Shown: in pieces, positions 10,893-23,392 of the stretch
Layout: each line of letters starts with the position of its first letter
Numbering within the stretch: position 1 is the first letter of the stretch
Assembly: GCA_016712025.1 (NCBI GenBank)
Contig: JADJRW010000012.1
Location: forward strand, 95,941 to 159,940
DNA length: 64,000 nucleotides
Direction of reading: 5' to 3'
Source: Flavobacteriales bacterium
GTDB taxonomy: Bacteria > Bacteroidota > Bacteroidia > Flavobacteriales_F > PHOS-HE28
Notes under the pieces: model-generated
The model's input: only the letters and a program-made list of their open reading frames with translations
Database searches by the model: none
Told to the model about the DNA's origin: nothing
Made by a program: the position numbers and the translations under genes

Positions 10893-11388
10893 TCAAAGGC
10901 TCTTCACATGCTTGTCCAATTCCTGGTGCAAGGCCATCCCGCGCAGGTTCTTCGCTATGATGATGCCGTTCGGGTCGATCAGAAAGCTCATCGGTATACC
11001 CGATACACCGTAGAGACGGGATGCTTCGGAAGACCAGTACTTCAGGTCGCTCACGTGGTATTTCCAGGTGAGTTTATCCTGTTCGATCGCCTTCTTCCAC
11101 GAGTCGCGGCTCTTGTCCAAGCTCACGCTGAACACCTCAAAGCCTTTGCCCTCCTTGTACCCAAAAATCGATGAGCACGTACTTGCCGCGTAGCTCCGAA
11201 AGCTTGAGCACCTTGGTGCTGTCCGCGTTCATATAGGCCAGTTCCGGGGCTTGTTCGCCTATGTTGGTGCCGATCTTGACACCGTCGGCCGGTGCAGTGG
11301 TGCGTTCGGTGAAGCCATAGATAGCCAACACGGCTACAGCGGAGAGGATGACAATGCGCAGCTTGGTCATGGCGGTGCGGAAGTTCAT
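10893..11388 (-). pseudogene. TlpA/ResA-like thiol:disulfide oxidoreductase lacking its CXXC segment
   Basis: ORF 11137..11388 has a signal peptide and ends ..GKYVLIDFW. ORF 10893..11135 holds ..(YKEGKG)FEVFSVSLDKSRDSWKKAIEQDKLTW..GIPMSFLIDPNG. The roughly 20 residues that normally carry WCGPC between DFW and YK are absent, and the frames differ. Confidence 0.75.
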
Positions 11389-11524
11389 GGTGCGAAGGTA
11401 GGAAGGTGCCCTTAGGTAGGCGTCGCCCCTAAGCCAAGATCATGCCGGGAAAGGGGAAGCCAAGCCCAGGAGCAAGGGCAGGGGCAATTGCCTATTGCCT
11501 CTGACCCTAGCCCTAACCTAAGGA

Positions 11525-12832
11525 TCACTCCGATCGTTCGATCCGCGCGCCCAAGCCATTCAGCCGCGCGTCGATCCCCTGGTAACCGCGGTCGATCTGT
11601 TCGATATTGTCGATCGTGCTGGTGCCTTCGGCGCTGAGGGCCGCGATCAGGAGGGAAACACCCGCGCGGATGTCCGGGCTCGTCATGCGGATAGCGCGCA
11701 GTGGGTTCTGGAAGTCGTTGCCGATCACCAGGGCGCGGTGCGGATCGCAGAGCGTGATCTGGGCACCCATCTCAATCAACTTGTCCACGAAGAACAGGCG
11801 GCTCTCGAACATCTTCTGGTGGACCAACACGCTGCCTTTCGCTTGGATCGCGGTGACCAGCACGATGCTCAGCAGGTCGGGCGTGAAACCGGGCCAGGGC
11901 GCGTCGGCCACGGTCATGTTACTGCCGTCGATGAACTTGGTGATGGTGTAGTGCTCCTGGGCCGGGACGAAGATGTCGTCGCCGTTCCGGACCACCGCTA
12001 TGCCGAGCTTGCGGAACACTTCGGGGATCACGCCCAGGTGGTCGTAGCCGGTGTCTTTGATGGTGATCTCGCTGCGCGTCATGGCGGCCAGGCCGATGAA
12101 GCTGCCGATCTCGATCATATCCGGCAGCATGCGGTGCTCCGTGCCTCCGAGCTCATTCACCCCATCGATGTGCAACAGGTTGCTGCCTATCCCGGTGATC
12201 TTCGCACCCATGCGCACAAGCATGTCGCAGAGCTGCTGCACATAAGGTTCGCAGGCCGCGTTGAAGATGGTGGTGCGTCCCTCGGCCAACACAGCGGCCA
12301 TCACGATGTTGGCGGTGCCCGTCACGCTCGCCTCGTCCAGCAGCATGTAGGCACCTCTCAGTTTTTCAGCTTCGGCCTTGAAGAAGCCTTCTTTGCTATC
12401 GTACTTGATCTCGGCCCCCAGCTTCTCGAAGCCGATGAAGTGGGTATCCAGTCGGCGGCGCCCGATCTTATCGCCTCCGGGCGTGGGGATGTACCCCTTG
12501 CCGAAACGGGCGAGCGAAGGGCCCACCACCATCACACTTCCGCGCAGGCCACCGCCCAGTTTTTTGAACTCCGGCCGCAGAAAGAACTCGATGTCCACGC
12601 TCTTCGCAGTGAAGCGAAAAGAGCCTTCGCCCAGCTTGTCGACAAGCACGCCCATGTGGCGCAACAGGTCGATCAGCTTGTTCACATCCACAATATCCGG
12701 TACGTTGTGGATCGTGACCGGCTCGGCGGTGAGCAGCACCGCGCAGAGGATCTGCAAGGCTTCGTTCTTCGCGCCCTGCGGGGTCAAGCTACCCTTCAAT
12801 CGGCGTCCTCCCTCAATGCGGAAACTTCCCAT
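11525..12832 (-). CDS. murA: UDP-N-acetylglucosamine 1-carboxyvinyltransferase
   Basis: Starts MGSFRIEGGRRLKGSLTPQGAKNEALQILCAVLL, the EPSP-synthase fold family. Start taken at the internal Met of ORF 11525..12895. Confidence 0.95.
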   Translation of the reverse strand: MGSFRIEGGRRLKGSLTPQGAKNEALQILCAVLLTAEPVTIHNVPDIVDVNKLIDLLRHMGVLVDKLGEGSFRFTAKSVDIEFFLRPEFKKLGGGLRGSVMVVGPSLARFGKGYIPTPGGDKIGRRRLDTHFIGFEKLGAEIKYDSKEGFFKAEAEKLRGAYMLLDEASVTGTANIVMAAVLAEGRTTIFNAACEPYVQQLCDMLVRMGAKITGIGSNLLHIDGVNELGGTEHRMLPDMIEIGSFIGLAAMTRSEITIKDTGYDHLGVIPEVFRKLGIAVVRNGDDIFVPAQEHYTITKFIDGSNMTVADAPWPGFTPDLLSIVLVTAIQAKGSVLVHQKMFESRLFFVDKLIEMGAQITLCDPHRALVIGNDFQNPLRAIRMTSPDIRAGVSLLIAALSAEGTSTIDNIEQIDRGYQGIDARLNGLGARIERSE

Positions 12833-13006
12833 GCGTGCGTTGCTCCGGCGGTTGTGCGCGAAGTCATTGCCAAAGCAAGTATGTGCGAACGCCACTGCGT
12901 TCCGCAGCGCTTACGCAGTACTAACAAACGCTTGTGATGGAGCGCGGCCCGCGGGGAGGAGCGGTGATATGCGTCTGCCCCTGCCTCCGCCCACTGCCTT
13001 GGCGGC

Positions 13007-13705
13007 TTAGTAACGCTTCTTGTTCCGGTTGCGATGGCGCTTCTTACCACCGCCACCACCGCCTCCGCCTTGGTTGCCATAGCGCTGCTTGCGCATATCC
13101 ACTTCGTTGCGTGGGCCGTTCTGTTGGGCCCGCAAGAGGTCAGCAGTGGAGGCGAGTTGGGCTTCTTCCTTCAGTTTCAGCTTTCCCTTGCTCATCTCGG
13201 CAAGGTCTTTCAGGATCACGCCGTCCGGCACGGTGTCGCGGTTCCAGGTAAGGAACTGCTTCTTCATCAGGTTGGCGATCACATGTGTGTAGGCATCGCG
13301 TTCCGGACTTTCCGCCAAGGCGGCGCATTGCGCGATCATGCGTTCCACCAACTTGCCATAGTGGCCATAGCGGATCTCCTGCTTGGGGTAGGGAACCCGT
13401 TCCGGCTTGGTATCCAGTTCTTCGGCCGTGGGCTTGGGAAAGGGTCCGTCCACATCGAGCTTGAACTCGCTCATGATGTATAAGTGGTCCCACAGCGCTC
13501 GATCCGCGTTCTCACTGCCGCGCAATTGTGGATTGAGCCGACCGATCACCAAAATGATGGCCTTGGCCAAGCGGGTGCGCTCGGCGCGATCCTCCACGCC
13601 CATGCAATGCTCCACCATGCGCTGCACATGGCGCCCGTATTCAGGAATGATGAGCCGGGGGCGCTGGGTATTGTAATCGTATGCGACGGACGCAGCAGTG
13701 CTCAT
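13007..13705 (-). CDS. DUF4290 domain protein
   Basis: YNTQRPRLIIPEYGRHVQRMVEHC..RLAKAIILVIGRLNPQLR. The conserved position directly upstream of murA is typical of Bacteroidota. The tail is Gly8 plus basic residues. Confidence 0.8.
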   Translation of the reverse strand: MSTAASVAYDYNTQRPRLIIPEYGRHVQRMVEHCMGVEDRAERTRLAKAIILVIGRLNPQLRGSENADRALWDHLYIMSEFKLDVDGPFPKPTAEELDTKPERVPYPKQEIRYGHYGKLVERMIAQCAALAESPERDAYTHVIANLMKKQFLTWNRDTVPDGVILKDLAEMSKGKLKLKEEAQLASTADLLRAQQNGPRNEVDMRKQRYGNQGGGGGGGGKKRHRNRNKKRY

Positions 13706-13915
13706 GGCAGCCTAGGGGTCGGAAAAAAAATGAAGAGAAGGCGGGCCGGACCGGGATATGTCACCCGCAGGGTCGGTCAAATGTAGGTAAGCCGCAGCAA
13801 GTGGGGACCTTACCGGATCGGAGGCAATTCCGCGTGGACCGATCCAGTGAACCATTCTCCCCCGTATGTGTTTAGCTTCGGTACGCCGTTCGAGCGGACC
13901 AAAGCCGGAAAGCCC

Positions 13916-14612
13916 ATGAAAACCCTCCTACACACCCTTACCATCGCACTCCTATTTGTTGGCACGACGACCACGGCCCAAGAGGTTTCCAAAGTGTTCG
14001 GCTTCAGCAAGCCGTTCCCCAACACCTTGGAGAAGGGCGACTGTGGATCGAACATGGGCCTGGCCCCAGGAATGCGGGTAACTATGCCTGTGGGCGATCG
14101 TTTCGGGGTCGGCTTCGGGCTCGCCCACGAATGGCGTTCGGTGCTCACCGAGCAAGAGACGGAAAGCGGCAATGTTCCTCTGAGCGAGGTGAAGGGGCCG
14201 TGCCTTTCTGCTGCAGGCAACGGGCCAGTACCGGATCTTCACTTGTGCAAGCAAGTGCCAGAGCAGCTTGGGCGTGATGGCCGGTGTTGATGTCACCCTG
14301 CCTTACCGTACCAACGCACAGCAGTATGCTTCGGATGGCTCCGAACTGGTAGCGGACACGGACCGTGATCGCATGAAAGCGGGCCTGGCATTGCGCGCGG
14401 GTCTGCGTTATTCGCTTCCACTGTGCGAATACATGGGCTTTTTCATGGAGCCGCAAGTGATCTACAAAGCTGTGCTCGACCGCACCGATGAAGCCGCACA
14501 ATTCGGCCGGAGCGAACGCACCGGTGATAGGTTCGCCATGGGCATGCAGGGGGGCATCTACATGAAGCTGATGTGCCCAGGCAAGTGCCCGATGAAGGCT
14601 TCGGCCGAGTAA
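13916..14612 (+). CDS. Hypothetical outer-membrane/secreted protein (frame broken once)
   Basis: Signal peptide MKTLLHTLTIALLFVGTTTTAQ. ORF 13847..14290 continues in ORF 14268..14612, whose frame opens just after the TGA at 14190-14192. The switch is at G run 14194-14197. Confidence 0.45.
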
Positions 14613-14633
14613 CGGAGCATAGCTTCGGCGGCG

Positions 14634-14966
14634 ATGCCCGTCCGATTGGCCTTAATACTTTCTCTACTTATCCTGTCCTCCTGCACCAAGGTGCCGGATG
14701 AACTCCCGGGATGGGTGCAGGACCGCATCCGGTTCTGCAGAAGCCCCGGCAAGGATTGTGATCGGCTCGAGATCTTGGAGTACGGGTTCCACGCAGAACG
14801 GTACTACTACTTCGCGCCGCGCGATCTGCAAGGTGAGGACGAGCTCTTCACCGCGAACTACGAGTTGCTCTGCAAGGGCACGGACCTCTTCATCGATGAG
14901 CCACCCTGCTCGGACATCGTGCTGGACAGCTTGAAGATCCTGCGGTTGGTGTATTCGGAGCGCTAG
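14634..14966 (+). CDS. Small lipoprotein (hypothetical)
   Basis: Lipobox MPVRLALILSLLILSSC. There are six Cys in 110 aa. No family recognised. Confidence 0.45.
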   Translation: MPVRLALILSLLILSSCTKVPDELPGWVQDRIRFCRSPGKDCDRLEILEYGFHAERYYYFAPRDLQGEDELFTANYELLCKGTDLFIDEPPCSDIVLDSLKILRLVYSER

Positions 14967-14967
14967 C

Positions 14968-17397
14968 TCAACCCTCCACCACCGTCAACTTCGCGAAACG
15001 CAACAGCAATTGCTTCTGCCCTGCGGACGGGAAGAACACGGTGGCCTTGAGGTCCGGCGCACGCCCTTCGATCTTGATCACCTTGCCTTTTCCGAAGCGT
15101 TCGTGTTCCACCGTCATGCCTTCGGCCAGATCCGGCGTTTCGCCGCCCAGGCTGCTGGTCGCTTCCAGGGGCGCCCCACTTCCGGTGATCCGTTTCAGGT
15201 TCTTCGGCGTGGCAGCGGGAGCGGCGCGCGGACCCGGCGGCGCATCCATGTTCCGCCGTGCGTGAGTAACCTGTTTCCCGGGTACGGCTTTTCCGATCCC
15301 GGGCGCCTTCGTCTCTCTTCCATACACAGGCTTGGAGGAACGTTCGTCGTCGAATAAGTTCTGACCGGGGTTCGCCCAGGGTGGCGTGCGCGTGGTGCGG
15401 TCACGCGTACCGGGTTGTGTCCAGAGGCGATCGTTCTCCGAAGGCATCTCCAGATACTGTGGATCGATCTCGTCGATGAAACGGCTCGGTTCCGCAGCGG
15501 TGAGATTGCCCCACTTGTAGCGGCTCATCGCATAGCTCAGCGTGGCGCGTTTCTCAGCGCGTGTTAGTGCCACATAGAACAGACGACGTTCTTCTTCCAG
15601 ATCCGCGCGGCTGTTCACCGCCATCTGGTTGGGGAAGAGATCCTCCTCCAAACCCACGATGTGTACATAGGGGAACTCGAGCCCTTTCGCTGCGTGAACG
15701 GTCATTAGGCTCACGCGATCATTGTCGGCCGGATCGTCGTTGTCCGCGTCGGTGAGCAGTGCGACATCGATCAGGAAGTCGGGCAGGGTGCGCGGGGCGT
15801 CTGTGCCTTCGCCCGCATCGCTGAATTCCTTGATCCCGTTCAGCAGTTCCTGGATGTTCTCGTGGCGGCTCACACCCTCTGGGGTGCCGTCGGTGAGCAA
15901 CTCCTTCAACAGGCCGCTCGTGCGCGCTATGTGTTCGGCGAGCGCATAGGCACTGTGGGTCTGCAACATGGTGCGGTAGCTCTCGACCGAGAGCACGAAA
16001 TCCGCCACGCTTTTGCGCGTGCCGGCGTGGAAGCCAAGGTCGGCGAGGTGTTCGTGCAGCAACTGCCAGATCGAGGTCTTCGCTTCCGCAGCGGCCACCA
16101 TCATCTTCTCCACGGTGGTCTGCCCGATCCCACGCGCGGGGTAGTTGATGATCCGCTTCAGCGCTTCTTCGTCCTGCGGATTGCAAGTGAGGCGGAAATA
16201 GGCGAGCAGGTCCTTGATCTCCTTGCGCTGGTAGAAGCTGAGGCCGCCGTAGATCCGATAGGGGATGTTCAACTTGCGCAGCGCTTCCTCCATGCTGCGG
16301 CTTTGCGCGTTGGTGCGGTACAGAATGGCGAAGCCCTTGTTGGGCACCTGCCTGTGCATCTTGGTCTCGAAGATGCTGTGCGCGGTGAATGCGCCTTCCT
16401 CGTTGTCGCTCAACGCGCGGTGTACGCGGATGCGTTCGCCCTCATCGTTCTGCGTCCAGATCGTTTTCTTGATCTGGTCCTTGTTCTTGTCGATCAGGCT
16501 GTTCGCGGCGCCCACGATGTTCTTCGTGCTGCGGTAGTTCTGCTCCAGCTTGAAGAGGGCGTGATCCTCGTAGTCGCGCCGGAAATTGAGGATGTTCTGG
16601 ATGTTCGCTCCGCGGAAGGCGTAGATGCTCTGGCTGTCGTCGCCCACCACGGTGATGTTCTCATGCCGTGCCGCGAGCGTGCGGATGATGTTGTACTGCA
16701 CCAAGTTGGTGTCCTGGTACTCGTCCACCAGAATGTACTGAAAGCGCTGCTGGTACTTCAGCATCGTTTCGGGATGATCGCGGAAGAGGAGGTTGGTGTT
16801 GAAGAGCAGGTCATCGAAATCCATGGCGCTGGCGCGGAAGCAGCGCTCGGCGTACTGCTGGTAGATGGCGCCGATATGTTCGCGTCCGCTGCTGGCATCG
16901 CTGGCCATCACTTCCGCATCGCGCTGGTATTCGAGCGGACCGATCAGGTTGTTCTTGGCGATGCTGATGCGGCCATGCACCTGGTTCGGCTTGTAGATCT
17001 TGTCATCGAGCCCACGCTCCTTCAGGATGGCTTTGATCAGGCTGCGGCTGTCGTCGGTATCATAAATGGTGAAGTCTTTCTGGTAACCCAGTTTGTCGGC
17101 CTCGGAACGAAGCACGCGTGCGAACACACTGTGGAAGGTGCCCATCCACAAACCGGCCGCTTCGCTCCTTCCCACAATGGCGGCGATGCGCTCCTTCATT
17201 TCGCGCGCGGCCTTGTTGGTGAAGGTGAGCGCGAGGATGCGGAAGGGGTCCACACCCTTCACGGCCATGAGCTGCGCGATGCGCACGGTGAGCACCCGCG
17301 TCTTGCCCGAGCCCGCACCGGCGATCACCATGTTGGGGCCGTCGGTATGCGTGGCAGCGGCGAGTTGCGCCTCGTTCAGGCCTTCGAGATGATGCAT
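14968..17397 (-). CDS. UvrD/PcrA/Rep-family ATP-dependent DNA helicase
   Basis: LNEAQLAAATHTDGPNMVIAGAGSGKTRVLT, DEYQDTN, VGDDSQSIYAFRGA, TVHAAKGLEF. The C-terminus is Tudor-like (GMTVEHERFGKGKV). Confidence 0.9.
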   Translation of the reverse strand: MHHLEGLNEAQLAAATHTDGPNMVIAGAGSGKTRVLTVRIAQLMAVKGVDPFRILALTFTNKAAREMKERIAAIVGRSEAAGLWMGTFHSVFARVLRSEADKLGYQKDFTIYDTDDSRSLIKAILKERGLDDKIYKPNQVHGRISIAKNNLIGPLEYQRDAEVMASDASSGREHIGAIYQQYAERCFRASAMDFDDLLFNTNLLFRDHPETMLKYQQRFQYILVDEYQDTNLVQYNIIRTLAARHENITVVGDDSQSIYAFRGANIQNILNFRRDYEDHALFKLEQNYRSTKNIVGAANSLIDKNKDQIKKTIWTQNDEGERIRVHRALSDNEEGAFTAHSIFETKMHRQVPNKGFAILYRTNAQSRSMEEALRKLNIPYRIYGGLSFYQRKEIKDLLAYFRLTCNPQDEEALKRIINYPARGIGQTTVEKMMVAAAEAKTSIWQLLHEHLADLGFHAGTRKSVADFVLSVESYRTMLQTHSAYALAEHIARTSGLLKELLTDGTPEGVSRHENIQELLNGIKEFSDAGEGTDAPRTLPDFLIDVALLTDADNDDPADNDRVSLMTVHAAKGLEFPYVHIVGLEEDLFPNQMAVNSRADLEEERRLFYVALTRAEKRATLSYAMSRYKWGNLTAAEPSRFIDEIDPQYLEMPSENDRLWTQPGTRDRTTRTPPWANPGQNLFDDERSSKPVYGRETKAPGIGKAVPGKQVTHARRNMDAPPGPRAAPAATPKNLKRITGSGAPLEATSSLGGETPDLAEGMTVEHERFGKGKVIKIEGRAPDLKATVFFPSAGQKQLLLRFAKLTVVEG

Positions 17398-17460
17398 GCG
17401 ATGATCGGTGGTGCGCCTACCGCGCACATGGATGCCAAAGGTAGCGGCGTGATGAACGGC

Positions 17461-18273
17461 TCAACGTGTGACCAGGAACTGCAAGCTCAATGCGTAGACC
17501 GTGGAGTTCATCAAGGCGCGCACATCCACGCCGTGCAGCCACATGAAGCCGGTGCCGTATTGCACTTGCGCGCTAAGGTCCGTGCGTTTGCCCAGCCGCA
17601 CGCCGAGTTGCGCGCTGAGGTAACCACGCAGGTAGGTGCAAGCGCGGCCTTGCAGCGTGCGATCCACGAGTGTGCGCTCGCGGGTATAGTTCCCCGCTTC
17701 ATCCGTCGCGATGCCTTGCACGTTCAGTGTTCCACCGCTGGCATGTCCCAATTCCGCGATGAGGCCGCCGCGCAGAAAGGCGCGCTTGCCCAGGAAGAGG
17801 CTCCAGTAGGGTCCGCCGCCCACCGCGATCTCCGTTTGCGACATGGTGTAGAGGTACTGTATGGTACGCGCCGTGTCGCCGAGCAAACTGTCGGTTTGGA
17901 GGTAGAGATAGAAGATGCGCGGGTGCAGGTTCAAATGCAAAGTCCACCCGTTCTCGCCGCTGTGGCCGTCGATGGTGCGGGCAAGCGCGAAGCGCGGACC
18001 GATGCAGAAGCCAATGGCAGTGGCGCTGTAGTTGAAGTAGTAGTCCGATGGTTTGCCGGGTAGGAGCGGAAGCTGGGTCTTCGCGTACTCCTGGAACGTT
18101 GCAACGCCTTGTGCGCCGTGGTTCTCCAAGCTCACGCCGAGAATACCGCCAACAGCGCGCAGCTTCAACTTACCCTTCACCGGGTCGCGGAAGATGGAGG
18201 TGTCGATCTGCGCCGGCAGGATGTGCACCAGCAAAGAAAGGAAGATCAGGAGGGCACGGCGCAACATCGGCAC
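17461..18273 (-). CDS. Hypothetical secreted/outer-membrane protein
   Basis: Signal peptide MPMLRRALLIFLSLLVHILPAQ and a beta-rich composition. No family recognised. Confidence 0.45.
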   Translation of the reverse strand: MPMLRRALLIFLSLLVHILPAQIDTSIFRDPVKGKLKLRAVGGILGVSLENHGAQGVATFQEYAKTQLPLLPGKPSDYYFNYSATAIGFCIGPRFALARTIDGHSGENGWTLHLNLHPRIFYLYLQTDSLLGDTARTIQYLYTMSQTEIAVGGGPYWSLFLGKRAFLRGGLIAELGHASGGTLNVQGIATDEAGNYTRERTLVDRTLQGRACTYLRGYLSAQLGVRLGKRTDLSAQVQYGTGFMWLHGVDVRALMNSTVYALSLQFLVTR

Positions 18274-18304
18274 CCGCGTTCGCGGTGATCCGAAGGTAGC
18301 GGGG

Positions 18305-20807
<2,503 letters not shown>

Positions 20808-20832
20808 AGTCTGCTAATGGATGAACTTCAGA

Positions 20833-23025
20833 TCAAGGCAGGCCCTCTGCGCGTGTCGCGGTGGGAGCGCTACCTCCGATGCAGATCAAGATCACATCGC
20901 GATCGTTGCGAATACCGGCGTACTTAACAACTCCGTCCAAATTCACATCGGCTTGCACATACCCGGTCGTAGTGGCGGTGGGTGGCGAACCGCCGATGGC
21001 GACCAGGATCGGGTCGCGGTCGTTGAACGCGCCCACATAGCGCAGCAGGCCATCGATCGAGACGTTCCCGGCCCAGAGTGTGCGCACGGTCCCCACGGTG
21101 CGCCGCGGGGTCGCTCCATAACAAGTCGTGGCCGCCGCGCGGAAGTTCACCGCGATCGCTGCAGTTGAAAGGCTGAGGGGCGCAGCGGTCATGACGCCCA
21201 AGTGATTGCGATGCCGAACCGCGATATACGCCGAGATGGCGGGCGCGAGCGTGATGGGCAACGCACTTCCGTTCAAGCCGACCACCTGTCCATCGCGACG
21301 CACGAGGGCGGGAAAGCGTTGCAGCACATTGATGGGATCGCTCGATGCGCGCAGTTCGATCAGCACCCAATCCACAATGGCGGAGGGCCCGCTGGTGGCG
21401 AGAACACTGGTGGCGATCGTGGCGCCAGTGCCGGTGGTCAACGAAAAGCCGAGTGCCGAATAAGGCTCGGTCAATGGCACCAGGCCAGCGATGCGGAGTT
21501 GATCACGCATCAGCCCGGTGATCGGGTCGAAGGGCCCGTCAAGCATCAGTTCAACATCCAGGGTCAGCGTGTGTGGCTCCACAGTGATGGGGATCGTGCC
21601 GCAAGAAGCGGTATCCGTTGCATTGATCACGAGGAGTTCGGCCGAATAGTTCCCAGGACCCTGGTACAGGTGCGAGGTATTAGCGGCGGTGTCCGCTGGT
21701 GTACCGTCACCGAATTCCCATACATAGGTCAGCGTGCCTCCCAAGGGATCGTTCGCATCACCACTGAACGAGACACTGAGCGCAGGGCCGATACCGCTGG
21801 TCAGATCAGCGGAGAATGAAAGGCATTCCGGCCGGGTGCCTGTAGGTTCGTAGGTGACGCGATGCAGGCCGCCCTCGAACGTGATCAGGTCGTCGTAGTA
21901 GGAGAGGTAGTACAACGCATCACCCGGACCTTGGAGCAATTGTGTGCAGAAGTTGGACTGAACTCCGCCCAGCGCCGTGGTGTCAAGGAACGGGCCTTGT
22001 GATGCGACCGTGGTGCCTTGTGCGTCGAAGGTCAGCCACTTCATCCACCCGCGGATGAACTCGCCCACGAAGAAACGGCCGTCCCACGCGGCTGGGAATG
22101 AAGATCCGCGGTAGGTGAATCCGGCAGTAATGGCTGCACCAGTGCCTTGGTGGTGGTAACTGAACACAGGATCAGTGAATTGTGGATCATCGCAAGAGCC
22201 ATCCGGCATGCGCCCGAGCTCGCCGCAAAGCGGCCAGCCATAATTGGCAGCGGGCGCGGCCAAAACGATATCCTCCCAAGCCAATTGGTGATTGTTGGCA
22301 CCCACTACACCGATGTAGAAGCGGCCCGTAACGGGGTCATAATCACCACGATAGGGGTTGCGGAAGCCGCTCGCATAAACGGTCTTCAACACACCATTGG
22401 CGTTGTACAGCCCCGGGGTGGCATCGTAGTAGGGATTGTCTGTCGGGGCGGTGCCATCGGGCAAGAAGCGGTGCAACTTGCCGAAGGGGCTGCTCAGGTC
22501 TTGGGCGTTGGCGGGCGTGTAGTCATCACCCACGGCGAGGAAGATGGTGCCATCGGGCAGGAAAGCGAGCGCACCTCCGGTATGGCAGCAGTCGGTGTAC
22601 GGGACCGTCGTTTCCCAGACCACGACCTCGCTGCTCATCTGCGCGGAATCGCCCAAGTGGGTGAAGCGGGAGAGGCGGTCGTGCATGCCGAAGGTGGAAT
22701 AGTAGAACCAGACCTGCTGGTTGTTGGCGAAATCAGGATCGATCCATACACCGATAAGGCCATGTTCGGCGGTGTTGTCCGCCGGTATCTCCATGTAGGT
22801 GGTGCTGGTGACCGGTGGCTGATCGATGGGAGAGGTGATGAGCACCTCACCGATCTTCCTGCAGATCAGCGCGCGGCCATCCGGGAGGAACGCCATAGAG
22901 GTCGGCGAATCGATACCGCCTATGATCTGCGTGTGGACGAAATCCTGCGGCTGGGCGCAGACCAACGCGACCTCGGAAACAAGCCAAAGGGAAGCGATGC
23001 AAAGACGAAGGAACGGGAGCGGCAT
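20833..23025 (-). CDS. Secreted PQQ-dependent sugar (glucose/sorbosone) dehydrogenase-like beta-propeller with PKD domain and dockerin-like C-terminal module
   Basis: Start at the internal Met of ORF 20833..23493, giving signal peptide MPLPFLRLCIASLWLVSEVALVCAQ. Motifs: SPTSMAFLPDGRALI, GFRNPYRG, NYGWPLCGE. PKD segment: YVWEFGDGTPADT..GNYSAELLV. C-terminus: HRNHLGVMT plus two D-x-N-x-DG-like loops. Confidence 0.8.
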   Translation of the reverse strand: MPLPFLRLCIASLWLVSEVALVCAQPQDFVHTQIIGGIDSPTSMAFLPDGRALICRKIGEVLITSPIDQPPVTSTTYMEIPADNTAEHGLIGVWIDPDFANNQQVWFYYSTFGMHDRLSRFTHLGDSAQMSSEVVVWETTVPYTDCCHTGGALAFLPDGTIFLAVGDDYTPANAQDLSSPFGKLHRFLPDGTAPTDNPYYDATPGLYNANGVLKTVYASGFRNPYRGDYDPVTGRFYIGVVGANNHQLAWEDIVLAAPAANYGWPLCGELGRMPDGSCDDPQFTDPVFSYHHQGTGAAITAGFTYRGSSFPAAWDGRFFVGEFIRGWMKWLTFDAQGTTVASQGPFLDTTALGGVQSNFCTQLLQGPGDALYYLSYYDDLITFEGGLHRVTYEPTGTRPECLSFSADLTSGIGPALSVSFSGDANDPLGGTLTYVWEFGDGTPADTAANTSHLYQGPGNYSAELLVINATDTASCGTIPITVEPHTLTLDVELMLDGPFDPITGLMRDQLRIAGLVPLTEPYSALGFSLTTGTGATIATSVLATSGPSAIVDWVLIELRASSDPINVLQRFPALVRRDGQVVGLNGSALPITLAPAISAYIAVRHRNHLGVMTAAPLSLSTAAIAVNFRAAATTCYGATPRRTVGTVRTLWAGNVSIDGLLRYVGAFNDRDPILVAIGGSPPTATTTGYVQADVNLDGVVKYAGIRNDRDVILICIGGSAPTATRAEGLP

Positions 23026-23340
23026 GGATGCTACGCGCAGGTTGACGGATCGCCCGAACGGGCGGAGGGAGGGGGCAAAAATAGACAGTCCGCGAGGGAG
23101 GGCCGTGCACAGTGGACAATTCGACCGGGATAGTGGAAAAGAGGCATAGCGTACTACCCTTTCGCGATACGAAGTCATCCAAAGATGCGCCGCTATTTCT
23201 TCACAGGACGATTCGAGGAGGTCGTTGCGTGGTGTACGAGATCCTAGGAGAAGCAATGTGGAGAAAGCGCCTCGTCCCGACTCATCGGGGAGCGAACAGC
23301 TCAGATGAATTCGTACCGCGAATTGGTATTGCCCGGGCCA

Positions 23341-23371
23341 GAAATAGGAACGGCGCCTTTGGGCGCCGTTC
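23341..23371 (-). terminator. Terminator closing the ribosomal supercluster (after rplQ)
   Basis: GAACGGCGCC-(4 nt)-GGCGCCGTTC is a perfect 10-bp stem at 23348-23371. On the minus strand it is followed by CTATTTC. Confidence 0.5.
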
Positions 23372-23392
23372 AAATGTTTCCGTGGATCAGGA

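Noticed and set aside
13778-13785. TACATTTG (-7-like box) upstream of DUF4290, and TATTTTTG at 23083-23076 upstream of the dehydrogenase gene, considered as promoters.
   Set aside because: The -7 consensus matches, but no TTG lies at the expected 17-23 nt spacing. They are kept as weak observations only and not listed as features.
15862-18063. 733-aa plus-strand ORF, and similar long antisense ORFs. Plus strand: 8910..9716, 11738..12937, 23874..25241, 28073..28999, 31807..33039, 48905..49777, 55278..57083, 59814..61382, 61875..63182, 63308..63943. Minus strand: 45337..46131.
   Set aside because: Each lies antisense to a gene with strong family signatures. They have the Ala/Arg/Gly/His/Val-rich composition typical of shadow frames in high-GC DNA, and none shows a recognisable motif.
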